From contig CBDCKW010000009.1 of the NCBI GenBank assembly GCA_965218435.1, positions 1,920,001 to 1,984,000 of the forward strand: a stretch of DNA of 64,000 bases, written 5' to 3'. The translations under genes and the position numbers were made by a program. Below are positions 47,415-56,102 of the stretch, piece after piece; position 1 is the stretch's first letter, and every line of letters starts with the position of its first letter. The DNA is from Truepera sp. (GTDB lineage: Bacteria > Deinococcota > Deinococci > Deinococcales > Trueperaceae). The notes under the pieces were generated by a model. That model did not search any database. It had not been told where the DNA came from and saw only the letters and a list, made by a program, of their open reading frames with translations.

Positions 47415-47442
47415 TAAGGGGCACTTAACGCCGTGCCCCTTA
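47415..47442 (-). terminator. Hairpin after the solute-binding protein gene (terminator or stabiliser)
   Basis: TAAGGGGCAC/GTGCCCCTTA stem. Confidence 0.65.
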
Positions 47443-47450
47443 AAAAGTTG

Positions 47451-49190
47451 TTACTGTGCTGCGGGACCGATGCCGCCGGTGAGAAGCAGATAGGTCATAA
47501 ACGGATCGGGTACTGAGGTACCGTTTTGATAGATAGGGTCGCCGTCGGGCGGCGCGTCTACAAACTTACGGTTTAAGGGGTTGTTGCCGTAACGCTCCCA
47601 GAGCGGAATTGCAGGCAAGAGTTCGTTATACGACTGCGCCAGCTGACCAGCCTGTTTACGCTGCTTGGCCTTATCGAGCCCACGCGACGACGCCAGAGTT
47701 AGGTCAAGCAGATTGGCCTTACCGCCTGAATAGGTTACGTCGAGTTTGAAGTTCATGCCGCCACCGGTACTCTCACCCGCTAACGTCCCCTGACCGTTGT
47801 ACCGCTGATACGGCTCTAAGTAGCTCACATAGGGGAGCGGGCTCGCCGCGCCCCAGTTACGAATCGCCATTTGGAAGTTACTGTCGTACACGTCTTGCAA
47901 CTGTTGCTGCGACTGCTCACCGCGCGCGGTAATCTCAAAACCGAAATCATTGAGCGCCTGCGTGACGTTTTCAGCGGCGGCCGCCCAGTCCGAATAATCC
48001 GACGGAAAGATCAGCGTAAACGCCATCCGTTTGCCGGTATCGTCTATCCACACGCCGTCGTCACCTTTGGTGAAGCCGATGTCAGTCAGCATCTGCGCGG
48101 CTGTGTCAGGATCGTAGTCGTACTGATCAAGTCCATCTAAAATTGACTTGTCTACGGTATTTTCAGCGATCAGGTCGCTCATCCCGGCCATGTACTCGAC
48201 CGCCACACCCGAATCACCTAACGAGACAAAGCCGTTTTCGTCACGGTCAATGGCGTGGGCGAGGGCGCGGCGCACTTCGGGACGGTCAAGCGGGGTCACA
48301 GACTGATTAAAGTAGAGCGCCGGACCCGAGTAGAGTGGGCCGCGGATAATGTCGATCCCCTGATCTACGAACGCGGCTTCAGTTGCGGGCGGAAAACCGT
48401 AGGTGCCGTACCACAGCTGACCGGCAGTGACGAGCGGGGTGACGGTTTCAGTTTCACCGTTCCACAAGACGACGTTATCGAACTTCACCACGTCGGCGTT
48501 AAAGCCGCCGGGATTTTTGGTCAGTAGCGCACGCGCGTCGCTGATGTTGGCTTTAGTCAGATTGTAAGGGCCGGAGGTCACGTACTTAGCCGGACGAAAC
48601 TCGGTCAGCTCGGTTAACAGGTCGGAAAACGCTTTGTCGTCCGAGGTCACACCTTCGCTGATCAGCTTACCGGCGCGGTCACCTATGTCACCGTACACGC
48701 TATTCGCGCGGATCGCCTCGACCAAAATCTGCCGCTCGGCGGCGAGCGACGGCTCGTCAAAAACAAATTTGACCGTCTTGTCGTCTACCGCTTCGACACT
48801 TTTAAGTCCGTCCCAAACGGGCGAATTGAGCAGATAGTTGATGTTAAAGGTCGTCACGACGTCAGCTGAACTAAACGGGGTGCCGTCGCTCCAGGTGATG
48901 CCACCCTTTAACTTGACCACATAGTCATTGCCGTCAAACCCGAACGAATCGGCGAGCATCCCTTCGTAGCTGCCGTCGGCCCATTTGTAGATCGCCAGGG
49001 GCGGCTCGAGCAAATCCGAATAAAAACCGTAGAAGTTGATTGCGTTGGTTGCAAAGGTGTTGAAGTGCCCGTCCGGGGGTACCGGGTACGGATAGCCGCC
49101 GTAAAACGTCGGCCCTTTTTGCGCCGCCGCTGTTCCCAACGTGAGAACTAGAGCAGCACCTAACGTCAGCTGTTTAACCCTGCGCCACAT
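47451..49190 (-). CDS. ABC solute-binding protein, family 5
   Basis: Signal peptide, WSDGTPFSSADV, VRRALAHAIDR. Confidence 0.9.
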   Translation of the reverse strand: MWRRVKQLTLGAALVLTLGTAAAQKGPTFYGGYPYPVPPDGHFNTFATNAINFYGFYSDLLEPPLAIYKWADGSYEGMLADSFGFDGNDYVVKLKGGITWSDGTPFSSADVVTTFNINYLLNSPVWDGLKSVEAVDDKTVKFVFDEPSLAAERQILVEAIRANSVYGDIGDRAGKLISEGVTSDDKAFSDLLTELTEFRPAKYVTSGPYNLTKANISDARALLTKNPGGFNADVVKFDNVVLWNGETETVTPLVTAGQLWYGTYGFPPATEAAFVDQGIDIIRGPLYSGPALYFNQSVTPLDRPEVRRALAHAIDRDENGFVSLGDSGVAVEYMAGMSDLIAENTVDKSILDGLDQYDYDPDTAAQMLTDIGFTKGDDGVWIDDTGKRMAFTLIFPSDYSDWAAAAENVTQALNDFGFEITARGEQSQQQLQDVYDSNFQMAIRNWGAASPLPYVSYLEPYQRYNGQGTLAGESTGGGMNFKLDVTYSGGKANLLDLTLASSRGLDKAKQRKQAGQLAQSYNELLPAIPLWERYGNNPLNRKFVDAPPDGDPIYQNGTSVPDPFMTYLLLTGGIGPAAQ

Positions 49191-49423
49191 AGCTAACCTC
49201 CTTATAAATGTCTTACTCTAAGGTCTTGCACTTTGAAGTGTACCACTACTTTACCAATCGTGTCATGAAAACCCATTGATGCTTTGATCAAATTTGCGTT
49301 GACACAGTACCGAAAAAACTTGACTAAGTAGAAAAGTGAACGGGGTTTGTAAGCTGTGTATCAAAAAGACGTAACACCCAGCACTGTTTAGCAAATACTG
49401 TGAGCCACGCACAAATAGCGGTT

Positions 49424-50872
49424 TTAGTGTTTGTAACGTGCAGCTTGGTAGGGTTGAGGTGTCCAGATAAGGTGAGGCTCGAGCGGAAATCTCGGTCCTT
49501 GCCGCTGGTAATGCAGACGGCTCAGGTCTTGCGAAACCGTTCCAGGCGTCAGCGCCAGGAGCGTAGAGGCCGCCGCGCGGGTCAGCTCGGCGGTCAAATA
49601 GCCCGATTTGACGACGAGCAGCCGCACGTCTGAGAGCTTGACGCCTAAGCTTTCAATATCTGCCGGGTAATGGTACGGGCGGCGGGCCGCGCTCAAAATC
49701 ACCGTGACTTTCCCAACTCTGATGACCGCTTGGCGTTCACGTTCGGTTTCGGTAGGGTGCAAGTAAACGACGTGAGCATGGACGGGTAGAGGCTGACTCG
49801 TTTCAGGGTCGAGCGTTGCGCCAAGGGTCAGCTCGCGGCTCTTCCCTACTCCGGCTGCGTAACAGGCGTTCGTAGCGGGCGCGTCAGCAAGACCGGCGAC
49901 GACGGCACCTGCTAAGTCACGCTTTAGTAGTTCTGCTAAAACAAACGTCGTATCTCCCACGCCGCCACCGGTTGGATTGTCACCGGAGTCGCTTAAGATA
50001 ACCGGATAGTTCTCTAACGCGGTGAACTGCTCTAAGCACCAAGTCAAACTCCCAGCCGGAACACCGAAGTTGAACTCGGCTCGAGCGTTCCAGTAGCGTT
50101 CGGCCAGCCGGACGGCTTCACGCTTTAACACGTCCTCATCTGTTCCGGTCATCACCACGCTCGCCCCCGCCCTCGGTTCGTCCGCCCAAACATAGCCCAC
50201 CAGCAGCGAAGCATCTAAAACACCGTCTAGCGCATCAATGTGGGGCAAGCTTTCGTAGAGGCTCCGGGCCGGTTCATCGTCGGTACTGGTCATTTCACCG
50301 GGCAGCACGACCGGCACCGGCACCCAGACGAGTTGCGGCCGGTAGCCGCCTTTAAGCGCGTTTAGCAGCAGCGTACAAGCCCGCTGCTTGGTTTCGGTCA
50401 CGTCAATATGCGGTGCGGTGCGAAACGCACTCAACCCGTCTAGCGCGTCAATAATGCGTTCTGTGAGGTTGCCGTGCAGGTCGTAACTCGCCACCACGAG
50501 ACAGTCCGGCCCGACGACCGCCCGCGCCGCCGCAAGCCAGTCACCTTCGGCGTCGTCCATGCCGGAGACGTTCATCGCGCCGTGCATGTCTAAGAAAAGG
50601 CCGTCTACCGGCCCGTAGTCGGTGAGACGAAATAGAAACTCGTTTTTGAAGGTCTGGTAGGTCTGGGGTGCCACCGGCCCGCCCGGAAGCGCCCGCGCGT
50701 GCAGCGTCGGCAAAAATTCGGCGTCGTCCGAGTAAGCCTCTAAAAAACGGTAGCGGTCACTCTCCCGTAAAGCGTCGCCACGCAGCACGCTGAAATCTTC
50801 AGTCTCGGTCAGCACCGGATTAAAGGTGCTCGATTCGGTGTGAATACCGCCAAAGGCAATACGATAACTCAT
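49424..50872 (-). CDS. M81 family metallopeptidase (MlrC-like)
   Basis: HTESSTF, LDMHGAM, YDLHGN, RTAPHID, DSGDNP, VVKSGY. Confidence 0.9.
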   Translation of the reverse strand: MSYRIAFGGIHTESSTFNPVLTETEDFSVLRGDALRESDRYRFLEAYSDDAEFLPTLHARALPGGPVAPQTYQTFKNEFLFRLTDYGPVDGLFLDMHGAMNVSGMDDAEGDWLAAARAVVGPDCLVVASYDLHGNLTERIIDALDGLSAFRTAPHIDVTETKQRACTLLLNALKGGYRPQLVWVPVPVVLPGEMTSTDDEPARSLYESLPHIDALDGVLDASLLVGYVWADEPRAGASVVMTGTDEDVLKREAVRLAERYWNARAEFNFGVPAGSLTWCLEQFTALENYPVILSDSGDNPTGGGVGDTTFVLAELLKRDLAGAVVAGLADAPATNACYAAGVGKSRELTLGATLDPETSQPLPVHAHVVYLHPTETERERQAVIRVGKVTVILSAARRPYHYPADIESLGVKLSDVRLLVVKSGYLTAELTRAAASTLLALTPGTVSQDLSRLHYQRQGPRFPLEPHLIWTPQPYQAARYKH

Positions 50873-51591
50873 AAACTCCTGACCAACACTTCAATCGCGG
50901 CTTTGTCCGCAAAAGCTGGGGAACCGAAAGAAAAGGGGGTTAAGGGCAGCTGCACGGGTTTTTGCGCGGAGAAGTGCAGTTCGGACACGCCGGTCTCACG
51001 GACAATCTGCGCAGCATTAGCCGCCCTGACGCCGCCCCCGGCCATCACGATGAGGCGGTCGCCCGCCTGCTCAGTCAAGGTTTTTAGTAAAGGCGCACCG
51101 CTCAGCGCGCCCGGTTCTTGACCCGAAGTCAGCAGACGCGCCACACCTAAGGCAATGAGTTGTTCCAAAACTTTGAACGGTTCCAGGCAAACATCAAATG
51201 CACGGTGAAAGGTCACCGGAAGCGGTTCAGCGGCGGCCATCAGCCGCTTCATTCCCGGTAAATCGAGCGACCCGTCACGCGTCAGTGCGCCAAAAACCAG
51301 ACCCGCCGCGCCCGCCGCCCGAAACTGCGCAACGTCGTCTAACATAACTGCAAGCTCGAGCCCCCCGTAACAAAAGTCCCCGGCCCGAGGCCGCACGAGC
51401 ACGTGAAGCGGCAATTTTGAACGTGCTTTAGCTTGCCGGAACAACCCTAAACTCGGCGTCAACCCACCTTCAGCGAGGGCGCTGCACAGCTCAATGCGGT
51501 GTGCACCCACCTCCCCTGCGGCGAGCACACCCGCAAGGTTCTCGGTGCAGAGCTCGAGGGTTACATTGGGCTCTTTAGGTAATTTACTCAC
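50869..51591 (-). CDS. cutC: Copper homeostasis protein CutC
   Basis: LELC, RIELC, GGLTPS, RPRAGDF, TFHRAFD, LTSG; GTG start estimated. Confidence 0.9.
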   Translation of the reverse strand: MSKLPKEPNVTLELCTENLAGVLAAGEVGAHRIELCSALAEGGLTPSLGLFRQAKARSKLPLHVLVRPRAGDFCYGGLELAVMLDDVAQFRAAGAAGLVFGALTRDGSLDLPGMKRLMAAAEPLPVTFHRAFDVCLEPFKVLEQLIALGVARLLTSGQEPGALSGAPLLKTLTEQAGDRLIVMAGGGVRAANAAQIVRETGVSELHFSAQKPVQLPLTPFSFGSPAFADKAAIEVLVRSL

Positions 51592-51747
51592 CTTGCACAG
51601 TTTGTTCTCGGCAGACAGGTTTGCAAACGCGTATAAAGAATAGCGAATGTAGAAGGGAGAATAAAACAAGCATTCCGTGTTCTACATTCTCTGTTCCGGA
51701 GCTTCTCGGCATTTCTGTACCGCCAGCTTGCGCGTAAGATGAATGAT

Positions 51748-53055
51748 TTAGGCAATGTCGGCGAGCGCCTGCCCCAACAGCTCACACCCCGTCGCCATGT
51801 CTTCCGCTGAGACGTTGAGCTGCGGCGCAATCCGGTTGACGTTGCTGTAACGCCCGCCTTTACCGATGAGCAGGCCCCGTTTCCGCGCTACTACGACCAA
51901 CGCGTTCGCTCGAGCCGCGTCCGGGGTTTTCGTTCCCGGCTCGACCATCTCAAACGCTTGCATCAGTCCCATGCCGCGTACATCCCCGATAAAGTCGTAG
52001 CGTTCGCCCTGTTCTTCCATAAAGGTGCGGAGGCTCGAGCCTCGCATCTCTGCGTTCTCCCAGAGCTTGTGCTTTTCAATATATGAGATCGTCGCGTATG
52101 CCTGCGCCATCGAGACCGGATTCCCGCCGTAGGTTGAAAGCGTTAACCCACTCAGCGACTCGGCGACTTCCGGTGTCATCACCGTACACCCGACCGGCGC
52201 ACCGTTGGCAATCCCTTTAGCAAAGGTCATGATGTCCGGCTCGACGCCCCAGTGCTCAATCCCGCACCAATACTGCCCGGTCCGCCCCCAAGCCGTCTGC
52301 ACCTCATCAATGATCAGCACGCCGCCCGCTGCTTTGACGAGTGGCAAGATGCGCTTGAAATAGTCTTTCGGCACGACTTGGAACCCGCCGACGCCTTGAA
52401 TCGGCTCGGCCATAAACGCGGCGATATTGCCGTCCGTGCAAGTAGCTAGAAAATCCTCGAGGTCTTCGACCAAAAAGTCTAAATACGCGTCTTCGCTCAG
52501 CCCCTCGGGGCGGCGGTACATGTTTGGGCTACGGACGTGCTTAATGGTGCCGTCGTAAACGCCGCCGAGCTTCCAGTTCGCGTGCGCGGTCATCCCCATC
52601 ATGGCGCTGCTCCGGCCCGAATAGGCGTGGCGCAGGGCGATGATGTCGGTGTTACCGGTGTAAACGCGGGCCGCCATAATCGCGGTTTCGTCGGCTTCAG
52701 TGCCCGAGTTGGTAAAAAACGAATGTTGCAGGCGTCCGGGCGTAATTTCAGCAATTTTTTCGGCGACTTTGAGCGTGATTTCGTTGATGTATAGGGTGCT
52801 CGTGTGCCCCGTCTTTTTCATCTGCTCATAGGTAGCCTCAACTACCTCGTCGTTACAGTGACCGACCGAGACGGTCAGGATGCCGCCGAAAAAGTCCAGG
52901 TAGCGTGTCCCCTCCACGTCCCAAAGGTACTGGTTTTTGGCGTGATCTACGGCGATAGGGTCGTCACCGTAGTAGAGCATGTTGGTCAGGCTGGGCACGA
53001 GGTATTTTTGCTGGCGCTCTCTCAAGTCTTGAGTTTTGCTGGCGGTTGAAGTCAT
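51748..53055 (-). CDS. Class III aminotransferase (AGXT2 / beta-alanine aminotransferase-like)
   Basis: YLDFFGGI, EPIQGVGG, DEVQTAWGRTG, FAKG; pyrimidine-catabolism context. Confidence 0.88.
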   Translation of the reverse strand: MTSTASKTQDLRERQQKYLVPSLTNMLYYGDDPIAVDHAKNQYLWDVEGTRYLDFFGGILTVSVGHCNDEVVEATYEQMKKTGHTSTLYINEITLKVAEKIAEITPGRLQHSFFTNSGTEADETAIMAARVYTGNTDIIALRHAYSGRSSAMMGMTAHANWKLGGVYDGTIKHVRSPNMYRRPEGLSEDAYLDFLVEDLEDFLATCTDGNIAAFMAEPIQGVGGFQVVPKDYFKRILPLVKAAGGVLIIDEVQTAWGRTGQYWCGIEHWGVEPDIMTFAKGIANGAPVGCTVMTPEVAESLSGLTLSTYGGNPVSMAQAYATISYIEKHKLWENAEMRGSSLRTFMEEQGERYDFIGDVRGMGLMQAFEMVEPGTKTPDAARANALVVVARKRGLLIGKGGRYSNVNRIAPQLNVSAEDMATGCELLGQALADIA

Positions 53056-53168
53056 CGGGGCCTCCTAAAAATTTGGTCTTGAGCCTATAGAGGATACTGT
53101 AGCACTTGACTCAAACGGAAGTTCCCATTCTTTTTGCATTCGGTGAGTAGCTATAATCTAAGCAGATT

Positions 53169-53558
53169 ATGATGGACTCATTACTTTCAACTACAATCAG
53201 CAGCCTCGTTGAACTGCTCGCCGGGAAGGTACATAAATCTGAAGAACTCGCAGAAGTAGACGATCTTGAACTTATCAGTGACGAAGCAAAACAGCAAAAA
53301 CTTGAACTACAAGTTGCTTTTGAACAGGCTAAGGTGGCACAAGAAATTGCAATCGCCGAAAGGATTCAGAATGCTAACGAAGTAGTTCTAGAAGAGTATT
53401 ACGAATATACTGCGAAGGGACAGCTAGGACTTGCGACAGATGACAATAGCGTTTCCATAGGGGCTTCAGGGGAGGGCCGACGGGTTACTAAACGCATCTA
53501 TCGCTTTATAGGCAACTCAAATTCGAAAGAGATTAAAGAAACGAGGGAGAATTCTTGA
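53169..53558 (+). CDS. Hypothetical protein (AT-rich)
   Basis: 129-aa ORF with TATAAT upstream. Confidence 0.65.
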   Translation: MMDSLLSTTISSLVELLAGKVHKSEELAEVDDLELISDEAKQQKLELQVAFEQAKVAQEIAIAERIQNANEVVLEEYYEYTAKGQLGLATDDNSVSIGASGEGRRVTKRIYRFIGNSNSKEIKETRENS

Positions 53559-53620
53559 TTGTAAGAAAGGACTGTACAAAAAGGATGCACCGGCTCGAGC
53601 GTGCCAGCTAAACGGCCTTT

Positions 53621-53881
53621 ATGAGTGAGAAAGCTGACGACACCCTGCGCGACGATTACGGCTTTTCAAACGGTGTAAGGGGCAAGTACCGCCACTTTAG
53701 CGACCAGCCCCGCACCTTTCGGATTCGTCAGCCAGACGGGTCGGTCATAGAAAAAACAGTCGAGGCTCCTGTCACACTAGACCCGGACGTGCGCCGTTAT
53801 TTTCCGGACTCGGAAGCCGTAAACAGAGCCTTACGCGGACTGATCGAGCTGATACCTGAAGAAAACCGCAAGTCTTCTTAA
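53621..53881 (+). CDS. Orphan BrnA-like antitoxin
   Basis: LRDDYGFS.GVRGKY, LDPDV..YFPDSEAVNRALR; resembles 39980..40198. Confidence 0.75.
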   Translation: MSEKADDTLRDDYGFSNGVRGKYRHFSDQPRTFRIRQPDGSVIEKTVEAPVTLDPDVRRYFPDSEAVNRALRGLIELIPEENRKSS

Positions 53882-53891
53882 AAGCTAGAAA

Positions 53892-53918
53892 GCCCCTGCT
53901 CGAGCCCAGAGCAGGGGC
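53892..53918. terminator. Hairpin between convergent genes
   Basis: GCCCCTGCTC/GAGCAGGGGC stem. Confidence 0.65.
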
Positions 53919-53951
53919 CACCAACCCAAAACGCCGTAAAGCCCGTAAAAC

Positions 53952-55007
53952 CTACCGCGCTACAGCGTCATACACACTTTCGTCTACCACATCCCCATAC
54001 GCCACCGGCTGCGCGAGTAAACCTACTTGATTGAGCAGCGCCACGGAACGGTTAAAGGCGTCTTCGTTCAACGCCCCCACACTGGTGTCAGCTTCCGGTT
54101 TGACGAGTTCAGCAACGCGGGCCATCTGCCAGGTTTGGTGAATCTGCGGGCTCTGGGTGCTACCCGACCCGGCGCAGGTATCGCCGCACGACTCTAAAAC
54201 GATACTTACCGCTTCTTCTTGATTGGCAACGGCGTACTCCCAGCCCTTAATCGTCGCGCGTAAAAAGCGTTCGGCGACTTCGTGACCGGAAACGCCCGAG
54301 CCTTTGAAGTCGGGGTTTTGTAAGAGTTCGGGCGTGGTAAAGATTAGGTCCTCGAGCAAAGCCGCGTCAACGTCGGCGGGGTCCAAGACGTTAAGCGTGT
54401 CGAGCGGGTAGCCGAGCCCGACGATTTGGTCGAGTTCGTTGTAGGTCATCGCCGAGGCCACTTCGACCTCATCGGGAAATACCAGTGACGGGTCAAAGGC
54501 GTATACGACAGCACTCACGTCCGGGTTCGTCACCGTCGGGTCAAGATCAGATGTGAGGTCTTCAGCAGCAAAGACTGCCTGTGCGACGAACTCATTACCG
54601 AAACCCCAGACGCCCACGGTGCGGCCCGCCAGGTCAGGGAGCGCCTCAATCCCGGAGTCTTTGAGCGCGACCATCCGGTAGCCCGACTTCTGATAAATCT
54701 GCGCGATCTGCACCACGTTTAAGCCTTGTTCGCGCTGCACCAGCATGTTAGCGATCCAGTCGGTGCCGAAGTCGGCGTTGCCCGAAGCGACCTGCACGGT
54801 CGGGTTGACGTTGCCGCCGTCTAACACGGTGACGTTTAAGCCTTCGTCCTCATAAAAGCCCTTGGACTGCGCGACAAAGTAACCGGCAAACTGCGCCTGC
54901 GGAAACCATTTGGACTGAAAGGTCACGTCAATCATGTTTTGGGCCGACACCAAACTTACGAGCAGCAGCACACCTAAACCGACACCTAAACCGAGCATTC
55001 GCTTCAT
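53952..55007 (-). CDS. NMT1/THI5-like ABC solute-binding protein (probably pyrimidine)
   Basis: KWFPQAQFAGY, WGFGNE, AMTYNE; GGAGG ribosome-binding site. Confidence 0.88.
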   Translation of the reverse strand: MKRMLGLGVGLGVLLLVSLVSAQNMIDVTFQSKWFPQAQFAGYFVAQSKGFYEDEGLNVTVLDGGNVNPTVQVASGNADFGTDWIANMLVQREQGLNVVQIAQIYQKSGYRMVALKDSGIEALPDLAGRTVGVWGFGNEFVAQAVFAAEDLTSDLDPTVTNPDVSAVVYAFDPSLVFPDEVEVASAMTYNELDQIVGLGYPLDTLNVLDPADVDAALLEDLIFTTPELLQNPDFKGSGVSGHEVAERFLRATIKGWEYAVANQEEAVSIVLESCGDTCAGSGSTQSPQIHQTWQMARVAELVKPEADTSVGALNEDAFNRSVALLNQVGLLAQPVAYGDVVDESVYDAVAR

Positions 55008-55175
55008 CTCGCCTCCTTGGATACGTTCTGTGAACGTCCTCACAGTGTATCGGGATAGACGTACAGGTTGCAATCAGTGAGGCTCAAAGCGACCATTTTG
55101 ATAGCCAAGGTTGAAAGGCGTCAAGTGAAAAGGTACGCTCGAGCCACCCTGTATAAAACAGCCGTAAAGCCGACT

Positions 55176-56102
55176 TTAGTTCTCCCGAGCCGACGCGTGC
55201 CAGCTCGTCGTGCGCCGCTCCGCCCAGGCGACGAGATTATAGACGGTGACTGAAACGAGGCTCGAGACGAAAATGGCGGCGAACACCACGTCATACGCCC
55301 CTCGCCGTGCTGACAGCGAGATGCGCTGCCCCAACCCTTCCGGCGGCCCCGGAATCAGAAACTCGGCGACGATGACGCTGACAATAGATAAGACCACCGC
55401 GAGCCTGAGGGCGTTAAAGAGATACGGCGCAGCGTTGGGCAAGCGGAGTTTGACGAACACTTCCCACGGTTTCGCGGCGTAAGCGCGGAGGAGCTCGAGC
55501 TTCAGGGCGTCCACCGACAACAGCCCCTGCACCGTATTGAGCAGCACCGGAAAAAACGTGACGATGACGACCACCGCTGCCTTCGACTCCCAATCGACGC
55601 CGAAAGCCCGCCCCAGCACCGGAGCCAACCCGACAATCGGCACTGCGCCGAACGCCGCCGCTAAGGGCAAAAACCCACGTTGCAAAAAGACGTTGCTCGC
55701 CACCCCGATACCTGCCACGACGCCCGCCGTAAACCCGATGACAAAACCCAGCAAAATCTCTTTGACGAACGTGACATAGGCGTCACGAAGCAAAACCGGA
55801 AACGTGGCTGAGAGCGATACCCAAACATCCGTTACGCTCGGAAAGATACCTTTGGGCACGCGAAAGCCTACAACTAAACCTTGCCAGAGCAGCAGTAAGA
55901 CAAACGGCACCGCTGCCGGAAGCAAGAGCTGTCCCAGACGCGAGCGTCCGCCTTGACCTGCCGCGATACAGGCAAGCAGCAAAAAGCCCCAGAACCTGAG
56001 CCAATAGAGAGGAGTCACGTCACCCATGACTGTCCAGAAGGCTCCGGCGAGGCCCAACGCTGTTAGCAAGACTGCAATCAACACCTTCACGAACGTTCCC
56101 AC
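55176..56102 (-). CDS. NitT/TauT-type ABC permease
   Basis: VPIVGLAP, FFP, KLRLPNAAPYLF. Confidence 0.9.
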   Translation of the reverse strand: MGTFVKVLIAVLLTALGLAGAFWTVMGDVTPLYWLRFWGFLLLACIAAGQGGRSRLGQLLLPAAVPFVLLLLWQGLVVGFRVPKGIFPSVTDVWVSLSATFPVLLRDAYVTFVKEILLGFVIGFTAGVVAGIGVASNVFLQRGFLPLAAAFGAVPIVGLAPVLGRAFGVDWESKAAVVVIVTFFPVLLNTVQGLLSVDALKLELLRAYAAKPWEVFVKLRLPNAAPYLFNALRLAVVLSIVSVIVAEFLIPGPPEGLGQRISLSARRGAYDVVFAAIFVSSLVSVTVYNLVAWAERRTTSWHASAREN

